Below the pieces are notes generated by a model. That model did no database searches, was not told where the DNA came from, and worked only from the letters and a program-made list of their open reading frames with translations. A stretch of 62,575 bases of DNA, filler included, from Chiloscyllium plagiosum (lineage: Eukaryota): assembly GCF_004010195.1 (NCBI RefSeq). It is 3 parts of one record of this genome, joined end to end, with 100 filler letters (N's around TTAATTAATTAA, not from the genome) between each part and the next. Parts side by side here need not be neighbours in the genome. Positions count along the whole stretch, not along the records: positions 31,660 to 58,126 come from NC_057714.1; 2 more parts are not named here. One strand, 5' to 3'. The translations under genes and the position numbers were made by a program. Positions 38,000 to 50,609 of this stretch are shown here, piece by piece. The stretch's first letter is position 1; every line of letters begins with the position of its first letter.

Positions 38000-39720
38000 G
38001 CTCTACTGCCACATATTTAATCGAACAATCCTCCTGCTCTTGTGCTCACTAGTATATGGCACTAGGAATACTCCTGAGATTACTGTTCTTGAAATCCATA
38101 TTTTTGATTTCAAATCTCTCTGCAATCAGTAGTTAGGACCTCATCCCTCTTCCTACCAATGTCATTGGTACCAACGTGGACCAAGACTTCTGACTCACTG
38201 TCTCCCCATAAGTTATTCTGCAGCTGCTCTGTGACATCCGTGACCCTGGGGCCAGGGAGGCAGCATGGCAATCTAGAGTCAGGTTTGTTGCCACAGAAAT
38301 GCTTTTCTTATCCCTTGACCTTGGAATCCTCCTTAACTATTGCTATTCCATTCTTCTTCCTTTTCCTCTATTCAACTGACCTGCCTGCACTGTCTTGGGC
38401 ATGCTTCTGTATGCATTCCTCTGAAGAACCATCACTGTGACTAGCTTCCAAAATGGAATGCTGAACTGCAAGCATGATAGACTCAGGGACTCAAGAGACA
38501 CTGATCATAATTATCCTATCTTCCTTAGATTGGGTTTTTGCAAATGCTACACTGGTTGATAAAAGGATGTCAAACTACAGGTCAACTTGATGGTAGCAAA
38601 TCTCACAATCACAATAATTCAGAATAAAATTAATGGTCATTCAGGTAAATGCAAATTACTTAAAGAAAACCATCTTGGATTTGTTACTTGCAAATCATGC
38701 TTTTTGGCTTTTCTGATGAACTCTTAGTAGCACGGTGTGGTGGTCTCAGTAACAGAGAGGATTAATGAGAGTAACGCTGTTGACATGGTGTATGTTGACC
38801 TGGACAAGGCATTTGATGAAGTGCTGCACAAAGCTAGAGCTCATGGAATAAAAGATGCAGCATCAATATGGATACAAAAACTGGTTGAGTGACAAGAAAC
38901 ACAGTAGTGATTAATGGTTATTTTCAGGCTGGAGAAGGGTTGTTGTGGAGTTCCCACAAGATCACTGACAGATGTCTGCTCTTGCTGATATTTTTAGAAA
39001 CCAAAATGCCTGAATTAAAATGCAAATTTCCAGGAGTTTTGGAGGTCTGGAGGAGGTAACTAAGATCGAGAGGGGTAGGCCATCAAAGGATTTTAAAATA
39101 AGGATGAGAATTCTATAGTCATTGCTTAATCAGGAGGCTATGCAGGACCAGCTGATGTAGCAGTGGATGGACTTGCAGTGAGTTAGACTGCAAGTAGCAG
39201 AGTTTTGGATGATCTCAAGGATACAGAGAACAAAATGTGTGAAGATAACCAGGAGTGAATTAGATCAGTCAGCTCTCAAGAATGTATAAATGCAAGTTTC
39301 AGCAGTAGCCTAGCTAAGGAAAGAATCAAATTAACGTTGTGGAGTTGGGATAGGTGTCTTACTGATAGCATGGGCATGTTTACCGGTCTCATCTCAGGGT
39401 CAAATATGACACCAAGATTGCACACAGTCTAGTTCAGCCTTGAACAGTTTCCAGGAAGAGGATTGGAGTGGGCAGACTATAGACCAGGGCTCTAATGCAA
39501 TCAATATCTATCTCCAAGAAATTAGCACTCATTTAGTACTGGATGTTAAAAAAGTAGATTGATAATTTCAAGTCAGTAGACAGATGAGAGAAGTGGTGGT
39601 GTGTTAGAGGCTTGATGTCATTAGGAATTACATGGAAACTATTTCCATATTTCCAGAAGTTGGGGAGTGGCAGCAAGCAGATGATAAATGAGAGAGGACC
39701 ATGGATAGATTATTGAGGGG
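38000..39720. mobile_element. Old LINE fragments (minus CR1 ORF1 esterase, plus CR1 RT, minus L2)
   Basis: Reverse-strand HVGTNDIG near 38160, plus-strand VYVDLDKAFDEV near 38790, and L2-like sequence at 39030-39720. Confidence 0.6.
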
Positions 39721-40039
39721 TGAAGAGAAACATTTCACAATATTTTGATAGGTAGTTGCAAATGAAGATTATAAAATAAGAGACAAAGATTTGAAACAAA
39801 GTGAAATGTTCATAGGAGAAGGAATTGCCAGAGGATCATTTCACACGATTAGTGATGATTCAAATGTAATGATCTAGGTGGGTCAAAATGTGGCAGGTTT
39901 GGCACTTCGCAGGAATGTGACATTACCTCTCTGCTAGATTTCAGTCAAGACCACATCATTATGAAATCAGCCAGAATAAATCAAGAGATTAAAGGGTCTT
40001 GTTTACATTTGAATAAATATACCCATGGAAAATGAAAAA

Positions 40040-40107
40040 GGTTAAAAAAAATCACAACATCAGGTTATAGTCCAACAGCTTTCGGAGCGACATTCCTTCA
40101 TCAGGTG
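40040..40107 (-). mobile_element. Terminal fragment of a second Penelope-type family with a canonical hammerhead core
   Basis: Minus strand cacCTGATGAaggaatgtcgctccGAAAgctgttggactataacctgatgttgtgatttttttaac. The same end sequence occurs at 323-350. Confidence 0.6.
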
Positions 40108-40620
40108 ACACTGAAAATGAGGGGAGGATTGCTATTAGCTGATGCATTGGGAAGGAGAGAGTTGGATGGGAAATAGAATAGCAAGATTAGCCCTGATGGG
40201 CACAATGGGCTGGAAGGTCAGCAAGATAGTGGAATGGGGAAATTGGTTTGCTGATCAAAAGAAGATATCAATGTGCACCTTACTGGACCCTTCAGAGGAT
40301 TCAGAAATAGGGAGCAAATGATGTAGGTGCCATTGTAATTCTTGTGCATCCCAGTAGCCCTTAGAAAAATTGTTGTGTAGGCTGTTAAGTACAGCCAAAT
40401 GTCAATCACAAGCTGTGAATTTGGAATCACATATAGCCCAGGTAAAGATGTAATTTCTTCCCTAAAGGTCATTTTCTTTTACAGTAGCTAAATTACTACA
40501 TTAACTTTTCTATTTGAATGTAAATTCTCCATTTGCAGTGGTCGAAATTTTGAACTTGCATTGAACCAAATTAGTCTTGTCTGCTTGATTGCTAATCCTA
40601 TACAAGAAGCACAATGCTTT

Positions 40621-41030
40621 TGGGTGGCACAGTGGCTAGCACTGCTGCCTAACAGCAGCAAGGTTCCAGGTTCGATTCCAGCCTCGGGCAACTGTCTGCG
40701 TGGGTTTCCTCCGGGTGCTCTGGTTTCCTCCCACAGTCCTGAAGAAGCCATTCCTGAAGAAGGGGCTATGCCCGAAACATCGATTCTCCTGTTCCTTGGA
40801 TGCTGCCTGACCTGCTGTGCTTTTCCAGCAACACATTTTCAGCTCTGATCTCCATCTCCACTTTTTCCTCCCACAGTCCAAAGATGTACAGGCCAGGTGA
40901 ATTGACCATGCTAAATTGCCCATAGTGTTAGGTACATCAGTCAGAGGGAAATGGGTCTGGGTGAGTTACTCTTTGGAGGGTCGGTTGGGCCAAAGGGCCT
41001 GTTTCCATTTGTAGGGAATCTAATCTAATC
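40621..41030 (+). mobile_element. HE1/V-SINE interrupted by a solo Penelope pLTR (~40740-40868)
   Basis: SINE head and V domain. tttcctcccacagtcc is duplicated at 40724-40739 and 40864-40879 on either side of the pLTR. Confidence 0.85.
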
Positions 41031-41284
41031 ACCAAACCGCAACACTACTAGTCTCTCCAAAAAGGAGGAGAAGAGAGGTGACCTGATCGAGGTTATAGAT
41101 AATGAGAGGCATGGATAGAGTCAATTGCCAGAAACTTTTCCCCAGGGCAGGATTGACTGGCATGAGGGGTCATATTTTTAAGATATTAGGAGAAAGGTAC
41201 AGAGGGGACGTCAGAGGAAGGTTCTTTACACAGAAAGTTGTGAATGCATGGAATGTGTTGCCAGTGATGGTGGTGGAAGCAGAA

Positions 41285-41740
41285 TGAAACAAAGATCAGA
41301 ATATAGAATACCCACAGAACTCAGTCTATTGAAACTAGACTTAATTATGATGTTCCGAATATAAACAACAGTTCCAATAAGCAAAACCCTTAAACATAGA
41401 GTAAAACTGAAACAGAGGCTTACAGATCAAAGTTAGAAGGGCAGAAGGAGAGAGTTTAGCAGCCTGTTTCCACACAGCCCACTGCTGAACTGAACAAACA
41501 TGAATTCAGCTTTCAGGACTGACCACTCCCCTTTCATTATACAGGTTACTTCTAAAACATGAAAGCTGTGGCCTAAAGTCTCATCTGTTGGCGTATAAAC
41601 AAAAAGGCCTCCCAATACCCTTTTCATCTCTGGACCAACCCAGCCGATTTGGAGCCCAGTCTGTTTTACAACCCCTCTGAAAAAAGGAACAGCTCTTAGA
41701 TAAAAGGAACAGCTCTTAGATAAAAAGGAACTTTGTGATA
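41285..41740 (-). mobile_element. Partial Gypsy-type LTR
   Basis: The reverse complement shares blocks (gggagtgg...cctgaaagctga, ttggaactgttg) with the LTRs at 47762 and 54635. It contains a ~20-bp tandem duplication aaaaggaacagctcttagat. Confidence 0.5.
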
Positions 41741-43164
41741 ATATTCACTCATGGGGCATGGCTGGCATGGACCAGCATTTATCACTCATTCCTAGTTGTG
41801 CTTGACAAAGAACTAGTGAGTTGCCTCCTTGAACCACTGCAGTTCATGTGTTATGGGTAGCCCTATAAGACCCTGAAGGAGGTTATTCCAGGATTTTCTA
41901 TCAAAAGCTGGATATGTATTTGAAAGTCATGAAGTTTAGGGACAGTGGGACTAATTGGGCGGCTCTTTCAGGAGCTGATACAGACACAACAGGTCAAATG
42001 GCCTCCTTTTATACTACAGAATTCTACAATTTTGACCAAGTAACACTAAAGGAATGGTGAATTTCTGCAGTGTATCATGCAGATAGTAGATCCTGCTGCT
42101 ATTGCGAGTCAGTGGTGAAGAGAATGTAGATTCTTGTGGACCTGGTACCAATGAAGTGGGCTGCTTTGTCTTGGATGGAATTAAGCCTGTTGACTGTTAG
42201 AGCTGTACCCATCCAGGCAAGTGAGAAATATTCCATCAAACTCCTGATTTGTACCTTGTAGATGGTGGATAGACTTTAGGGAGTCAAGTGAGGAGTTACT
42301 CTCAACAGCATTCCTTGCCTCTGACCTGCTTTCGTTGTCCATGTATTTACATGGCGAGTCTAGTTGAGATTCTAGTAGATGGTAACCCTCCAGGATGTTG
42401 ATAGGAGTTAGATTGATTGTCACGTATAGAAATATAGTGAAAATTGTTTTTCACATGTTAAACGGCTTAACATCGGCCAGGGTCTGTGTACTGGGCTCCA
42501 GGGTCTCGGTTATGGGTCTACCACTGCTGTCACTGCAACTAGAATGTCTGAGCTGGAGCCATGGACCCAGTCTCATACTTCCTGTTCTGCATCCAACACT
42601 CCTCCAGATGCTGCCGCTGGTCACTGGGTGCAGGGGTCCTGACTCCGGATCCTCTACCACCAATGATGCAGCTTATGTGACTGGGGAGCTGTAGCCAGCC
42701 ACGGGCCTGATCTCATGTCGGAGCTGGAGCCTGGGCCTAAGAGTTGCTGAACATGCGGAAAACTGAGGAAAAACAATGAACCTTTACGGTGCTGAGAGAT
42801 GTGTGACAGGATATGGATGCAGCCAGCTCCGCTGCACAGTGCCACCTCCATCATGCCCTGGAGTGGCCAAACCGGGGCTTAGGAGCCGAATGCTGCTGAC
42901 CCGACTGCCGCCATCTTGAAATGGAGGAGGACTCAGTGATGACAACAACATTGAATGTCCAGGGCAGAGGTTAGATTGTCTCCAAATGGAGATGGTGACG
43001 GCCTGGCATTTATGTGGCACCATGTTTGATTCTAAGCCAGGTAAGGAGAAGTTGATAATGGTAAAAATGGGTAAGCTATGCTGCAAGCAGCCAATGCCAT
43101 GAGCACCTAAGGTGGAGATAGGGAAGGATATGGAATGTTGTGGTCAGGCTGCAAAAGTATTGAA

Positions 43165-46100
43165 CTCATTTTGAACAGAGCGGCAAGGAGAGAGAGTGGA
43201 GAGAAACGAGGGCTGCCGGTTAAGTCAGTTTTTTCCACTTAAAAGAGGACTTACCTCGAGAGTCGGGACTCCATTCTGAACAGGGCGGCGAGGAGAGAGG
43301 GCAGAGGGAAACGAGGGCTGCCAGGAAGTTTTTAAGTGGGTGAAATCTAAACCTGGGAGCTGACACCATAGGGCCTCCCTCCCAGCCACCTCCTCTAACC
43401 TTACTAAGAGTCTGTAAACTCGGTAAGCTTTCAGGTTTTCTCATTTTTTTCTTTTTTATTTAGTCCTGTGTGGGCTTTCAGATTAGAGGGGTATGGCTGA
43501 TTGTACAGGAAGAACATGCAACTGCCCTATGTGGCAGGTGAGAAACACGACAAGTCTCTGCTGACCATATCTGCGGGAAGTGCACCCAACTCCAGCTCCT
43601 CGAAAATAGACTTAGGGAACTGGAGCTGGAGCTGGATGAACTGCGGATCATCCGGGAGGCGAGAGAGAAATTGAGAGGATATACAGGAAGGTGGTCTCTC
43701 CCCCAGCCACAGGATAAGGATAGCTGGGTTACAGCCAGGGAGGAAAGAGAACAGACAGTCAAAGCAGGGATCCCCTGTGGCCGTTCCCCTCAGCAATAAG
43801 TGGGGACAGCCTACCAGGGGTAAACCATAGTTGTCAGGTCTCTGGCACTGAGGCTCAGAAGGGAAGGGGGGAAGAATAGAAACGCGCTAGTGGTAGGGAC
43901 TCAATAGTTAGACGGATTGACAGATTTTGTGGTCAGGAACGGGACTCCTGGAAGGTATGTTGCCTCATAGGGGCAGGAATGTTTGCTAGATGTTCCAAGG
44001 TTTAGAACATTTAAAAAGAACGGGGAGGGTGGAAAAAGAAGAGGGGGTGCAGCACTGCTAATCAGAGAGTGCATCACAGCTACAGAAACGAAGGTTGTCA
44101 AGGAAGATTACAGTGTGGAAACAGGCCCTTCGGCCCAACAAGTCCACACCGACCCGCCGAAGCGTATACCACCCAGACCCATACTCCTACGTTTACCCCT
44201 TCACCTAACACTACGGGCAATTTAGCATGGCAAATTCACCTAACCTGCACATTTTTGGATTGTGGGAGGAAACCGGAGCACCCGGAGGAAACCCACGCAG
44301 ACACGGGGAGAATGTGCAAACTCCACACAGAGAGTCGCCTGAGGCGGGAGTTGAACCCGGGTCTCTGGCGCTATGAGGCAGCAGTGCTAACCACTGTTCC
44401 ACCGTGCCGCCTACTGAGTCAGTATGGGAGCAGCCACCTCATTGGGGGCTTTCTACTGACTCCCTAATAGCAGTAGGGAGATTGAAGAACTCATAGGCGG
44501 GCAGATTTTGGAAAAATGCAAATGTAGCAGTGTTGTTGTTATGGGTGACTTCAACATTTCCAGTATTGACTGGAACCTCCTCAGTGCAGATGGTTTGGAT
44601 GGAGCCACGTTTGTCAGGTGTGTTCAGGAGGGTTTCCTTACTCAGTATGTCGACAGGCTGATGAGGGGAGAGGCCATTTTGGATTTGGTGCTCAGCAATG
44701 AGCCAGGACAGATTTCACAGTGGGAGAACAGTTTGGTGACAGTGACCACAACTGCCTCACATTTACCATAGCCTTGGAAAGGGAAAGCAGTTATCAAGAG
44801 AAAAAGAAATTATGACGCTATCAGACAGGAATTGAGAAGTACAGATAGGGAGCAATTGTTCCACAAAAAGGGCACAACAGACATGTGGAGACTGTTTAAG
44901 GAGCAGTTGTTGCGAGTGATGCACAAATTTGTTCCTCTGAGACAGGCAGGAAGGGTTAAGATTAAGGAACCTTGGATGACGAGAACAGAAGAGCTTCTCG
45001 TCAAAAGGAAGAAGTCATCTTACATAAGGTGGAGGAAGCAAGGATCTAGCATAGCTTTAAAGGATTACCGGTTTACGAGAAAGGAGTTCGGAAATGGACT
45101 GAGGAGAGCCAGGAGGGGACACGAAAAAGACTTGGCAAGAAGGATTAGGGAGAACCCAAAGGCACTTTACACATACATGATGAATAAGAAAATGATCAGG
45201 GAGAAGGTAGGGCTGGGTCAGGGATAGCGTAGGGAACTTGTGAGTGGAGTCTGAGCAGTTAGAGGAAGCCCTGAATGAGTTTTTTGCTTTGGCTTTTACT
45301 CAGGAAAGGGACTTTGTTGTGAATGAGAACTTTGAGAAGCAAAGAAACAGGCTTGAACAGATCAAGGTTGATGAAATTGATGTGCTGGAAATTTTGACGA
45401 ACATTAATAAGTCTCCAGGGCCAGACCAGATTTATCCTAGGTTGCTCTGGGAAGTGAGAAAGGAGGTTTCTAAGCTGCTGACGAAGATCTTTGCTTCCTC
45501 ACTCTCCACGTGAGTCGTACCGGAGGATTGGAGGGAGGCGAATGTTGTTCCTCTTTTCAAGAAGAGGAATAGGGAAATCCCTGGCAATTACACACCAGTC
45601 AGTCTTACGTCTGTGGTCAGCAAGGTTTTGGAAAGAATTCCGAGGGATAGGATTTATCACTATTTGGAAAAGCATAATGTGATTAAAGGCAGGTCATGCC
45701 TCACAAATCTTATTGAGTTCTTTGAGGAGATGACAAGACAGGTTGACGAAGGTCGAGCCGTGAATGTGGTGTATGTGGACTTCAGCAAGGCACTTGATAA
45801 GGCTCCTCATGGTAGGCTCATGCATAAAGTCAGGAGGTATGGGATACAAGGAGATTTGGCTGTCTGGACTCAGAATTGGTTGACTGACAGAAGGCAGAGT
45901 GGTTGTCGGTGGAAAGTATTCTGCCTGGAGGTCAGTGGTGAGTGGTGTCCCACAGGGCTCTGCTCTTTGTAGTTTTTATAAATGACATGGATGAAGAGGT
46001 TGAGGGGTGGGTTGGTAAATTTGCCGATGACACAAAAGTTGGAGGTGCCATTGATAATATCGAGGGCTATTGCAGGCTGCAGCGTGACATAGACAGGATG

Positions 46101-46894
46101 CAGAGCTGGGTTGAGAAATGGCAGATGGAGTTCAACCTGGATAAATGTGAAGTGATGCATTTTGGAAGGTCGAACTTGAATGCTGAATATAGTGTTAAAG
46201 ACAGGATTCTTGGCAGTGTGGAAGAACAGAGGGATCTTGGTGCTCAAGTGAATAGATCCCTCAAAGTTGCCACCCAAGTGGATAGGGTTGTTAAGAAAGC
46301 ATATGGTGCTTTGGCTTTCATTAACAGTGGGATCGAGTTTAAGAGCCACGAGGTTTTGCTGCAGCTCTACAAAACCATGGTGAGACCACACTCAGAATAT
46401 TGTGTCCAATTCTGGTTGCCCTATTATTGGAAAAATACAGAGGCATTGGAGAGGGTGCAAAGAGGATGCTACCTGGACTGGAGGTATTATCGTACAAAGA
46501 GATGTTGACTAAGCTTGGATTTTTCTCTGTGGAGAGAAGGAGGAAGAGAGGTGACCTGCTCGAGGTATACAAGGTAATGAGAGGTATGGATAGAGTCAAT
46601 AGCCGGAGACTTTTCCCCTACAGTAGGATTGACTGGCACGAGCGGTCATTGTTTTAAGATAATAGGAGGAAGGTTTAGAGATGTCAGAGGTAGGTTTTTT
46701 ACGCAGAAAGTTGTGAATGCATGGAATGCGTTACCAGCGGTGGAAGCAGTGTCATTCGGGACTTTTAAGCGACTGCTGGACGTGCACATGGACAGCAGTA
46801 AATTGAGGAGTGCATGGGTTAGGTTAGGAATACTCCTCGGCACAACATCATGGGCCGAAGGGCCTGTTCTGTGCTGCACGTTTCTATGTTCTGT
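43165..46894 (+). mobile_element. Near full-length degenerate CR1 LINE with internal deletions and a SINE insertion
   Basis: 5'UTR and ORF1 similar to the 29370 copy. MGDFN, KSPGPDQIYPRLLWE, GRSCLTNLIEFFEE, FADDTK and the 3' tail gggcctgttctgtgctg...ttctatgttct. Confidence 0.93.
44106..44410 (-). mobile_element. HE1/V-SINE inserted in a CR1 endonuclease region
   Basis: Complete head, V domain and tail. Close to the copies at 31660 and 47361. Confidence 0.9.
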
Positions 46895-47360
46895 GCTCAA
46901 TATTGAGGCTGCAAGCTCCTCACGCAGAAGATGCTGTTCTTCCAGCTTATGCTGAGCTTTGCTGGAGCACTGCAGCAGGCAACTGGAAGTATAATTATAA
47001 AATGATAAAAGAACATTGCTGCTTTAAAATCTGTATCTTAAGCATTTGTTTTTCAAGTTTTGAAAGTCTTTTCAAGATGGAAGTCATAACCGACAACTGT
47101 CTACTACATGGGCTGGTTATCTCAGCATCACTCACAAAGACAAATAATTTGTTAACCCATGTCAAAGCTTCTCGAACAAGAGATAGAAAAGGACTCCATC
47201 ATGATTAACTTCCTTCGATAACTGTTATCAGTAGGTGGTGGAATGTCCCTTGTAAATAAAATCACAGCTTTTTTGGGACACTTCAGAAAATTCACTATCA
47301 AATTGGATCAGGCCAGAAAGATCTAAAAGCCATTTACATTGACTGACTATATAGAACAGG

Positions 47361-47648
47361 TTAGATTAGATTAGATTACATTACAGTCTGGAAACAGGCC
47401 CTTCGGCCCAAGTCCACACCGACCCACCGAAGCGCAACCCACCCATACCCCTACATTTACCCCTTACCTAACACTATGGGCAATTTAGCATGGCCAATTC
47501 ACCTGACCTGCACATCTTTGGACTGTGGGAGGAAACCGGAGCACCCGGAGGAAACCCACGCAGACACGGGGAGAATGTGCAAACTCCACACAGTCAGTCG
47601 CCTGAAGCAGGAATTGAACCCGGATCTCCGGCGCTGTGAGGCCACCGT
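47361..47648 (-). mobile_element. HE1/V-SINE with a (CTAAT)n tail
   Basis: V domain. The plus strand begins ttagattagattagatta. Confidence 0.9.
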
Positions 47649-47761
47649 GGTGTTGATGAGCCACTGCTCCAAGGTTTCAAATGAAACAATACATCACTGA
47701 ATCAGTAAAACTGTTTTTGAGACAGATGGCTCCTAGGTTTGGCTCAATCAATCAGGAAATT

Positions 47762-48372
47762 TGTGACAATGCTGTGACTTTAAGAGGTCATTTCATCCTG
47801 TTTTTTTTTAAGAGAAGTTTTAAGACAGAGGTGGCGAGCAGTCTACCACAAGAGGTAGCTTTTGAGGCCGTTTTTCAAAAAAATAGTTGGAACAATAGAA
47901 GCAGCCTGAAGAGATGTGGTCAAACTCCCACAGAACCAGGATCTTTCGTTTAGTTTTCAGCAGAAATTGCTAGGGTATGAAAAGCTGCCATATCTCTCTT
48001 TACTACAGCGGAAAGCTGGAGTTCTCTTTCTTAGAATCGTCTTTTGATGTTCTTTTCTCCTGGATTGGAGAACTGCATGTGAGACAATCTGTTTTCTGAA
48101 TTTGCCTTTTGCCAAGGATGTGGTTATGAGACGTTGCTATATTGGAACAGTTGATTAGTAATTGTCACTGTATCTATTGCTCTGTTAAGTTTTCCAGTAA
48201 AATTAAGTTATTCCAATTCCTTCTTTCTTTTATTTTAACTATAGTGGAAAATAAAGTGTGTTTTGCATTAATTCCGGGAATTGGGACCTTACATTTACCT
48301 TTAAAATAAGAAAAACTTTGGATTCAGACTATCTTCTCAATAGTTTGAGGGGGTTTGGTCTGGTCCATAACA
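47762..48372 (+). mobile_element. Solo LTR (611 bp) with a 4-bp target-site duplication
   Basis: TGTGACAATG...GGTCCATAACA flanked by AATT on both sides, with an internal AATAAA at ~48250. Same termini as the LTR at 54635-55309. Confidence 0.85.
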
Positions 48373-48744
48373 AATTACAATACCTAACACTGCCCTTTGC
48401 AACACTTTTTCCTGGGGCAGAAACTCATTCACATGGAGTAACTGAATCATGTTAATCACATTGCTGTATTAAACTGCTATGTCGACATCAGAGGAACCTG
48501 CATGTTGGCTACAATGCGAACATAGTAAGTGATAGTGAGCCACTGTACTTGGGGATAACTTGAAGAACTGTCTTTCAAATGGGCCACTCAAATCAGAGGG
48601 GCTGGCACTCCAGAGACAATGTCAGCACAAGCAGCAGGAACCTTGTGAGCAAGAAGAACAGCTTCAATCTCAGTTCAGCCAGCTGTAATTGGAGTAGTAC
48701 AAACATCTTACCATCTTGCGCAGATTTTAAACCAATGTGAAAAT

Positions 48745-49730
48745 ATAGAGTCATAGAGATGTACAGCATGGAAACAGACCCTTCGGTCCAATCTGTCCAT
48801 GCCAACCAGATATCCCAACCCAATCTAGTCCCACCTGCCAGCACCCGGCCCATATCCTTCCAAACCCTTCCTATTCATATACCCATCCAAATACCTCTTA
48901 AATGTTGCAATTGTACCAGCCTCCACCACATTCTCTGGCAGCTCATTCCATACACATACCACCCTCTGCGTGAAAAAGTTGCCCCTTAGGTCTCTTTTAT
49001 ATCTTTCCCCTCTCACCCTAAACCTATGCCCTCTAGTTCTGGACTCACCAACCCCAGGGAAAAGACTTTGCCTATTTATCCTATCCATGCCCCTCATAAT
49101 TTTGTAAAGGTCTATAAGGTCACCCCTCCGTTTCCAACATCCAGGGAAAACAGCCCCAGCTTGTTCAGCCTCTCCCTATAGCTCAAGTCCTCCAACCCTG
49201 GCAACATCCTTGTAAATCTTTTCTGAACCCTTTCAAGTTTCACAACATCTTTCCAATAGGAAGACCAGAATTGCACGCAATATTCCAACAGTGGCCTAAC
49301 CAATGTCCTGTACAGCCGCAACATGACCTCCCAACTCCTGTACTCAATACTCTGACAAATAAATGAAAGCATACCAAACACCTTCTTCACTATCGTATCG
49401 ACCTGTGACTCCACTTTCAAGGAGCTATGAACCTGCACTCCAAGGTCTCTTTGTTCAGCAACACTCCCTAGGACCTTACCGTTAAGTGTATAAGTCCTGC
49501 TAAGATTTGCTTTCCCAAAATGCAGCACCTCGCATTTATCTGAATTAAACTCCATCTGCCACTTCTCAGCCCATTGGCCCATCTGGTCTTGATCCTGTTG
49601 TACTCTGAGGTAACCTGCTTCGCTGTCCACGACACCTCCAATTGTGATGTCATCTCCAAACTTACTAACTGTACCTCTTATGCTCGCATCCAAATCATTT
49701 ATGTAAATGACAAAAAGTAGCGGTCCCAGT
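48745..49730 (-). mobile_element. Young 5'-truncated CR1 LINE (RT C-terminus and tail)
   Basis: LGPLLFVIYINDLD, VRPLLEYCVQFW, FFTQRVVCVWNELP and tail ctctatgactctat. Confidence 0.93.
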
Positions 49731-50609
49731 AATTTAAAAACTGGAAGGTTACTTGGGAAATTAGGGGGAAAGACTGGTTTCATAGACTAGCATGTGTATA
49801 TCTTATGCTTCAATTATAATAAACCACGTCAAATGGTAAACCATATCTCATTATTAGTTCAAAACGAGTCCCAGTAAGTAAATAATCATAAAACACAAAA
49901 TAATTTACATTGTTTACTTTGGTTGAGATAAAGACAGAATGGGAAAACCATTTTGTCCTGTGATCATGAGGGAGACAGTTCTAATTTATTAGCGTTGTTC
50001 AATTGGCTTTCAAAGAGGAAATAAAAGATCAAATGTTTAAGGTTGAAAGTTATTTGATTTCTTTTCTCCCCAGGGCTGGGGTATTACATTGAGTTTCACA
50101 AACTCAGACGAATCAGAAAGTCTCAACTCCTCAGTAAGTGCTCAGTAAGTTAATCTCAACCAGGTTAAATCAGAGAGAATATTAAAATGTCTTTTTTCAG
50201 TTTTATCAAGTGAGAAAACAAAACCATCTTTTCAGTTCTTTATTCAGAAACTGCTGTATGGAAGTGGGCATCAGATCAGGATAAAACTGAGCTCAAACCC
50301 AACAGCACTTTGAACATTCTGGCCTGTCAATACTCTCTGCCTTGGCTCACAGCTGAGCAAGAGTGTATATACAGCCCACAGAGAGAGAGAAAAAAACAAT
50401 CAAACAAGGAAACAACAGATACTGAAGAGATAAAGAAAAAAAAGGTACAGCATGAGAGAAAAATTACCACCGGAAATTAGGAGGCCTGTGGCACTGCTGA
50501 TACCACTATAGTTAAATGATTTGCCAACAAATAGGTCATTTAGACAAAAATGAGATAAATTGAACTCACTGGAATTCAGAGTCTGAAGATCTGAACTAAA
50601 TAGTTGTAA

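Noticed and set aside
47040..47130. FESLFKMEVITDNCLLHGLV as DDC exon 13
   Set aside because: Only FESL and GLV match, with the wrong spacing, no VCFRLK and no suitable donor site.
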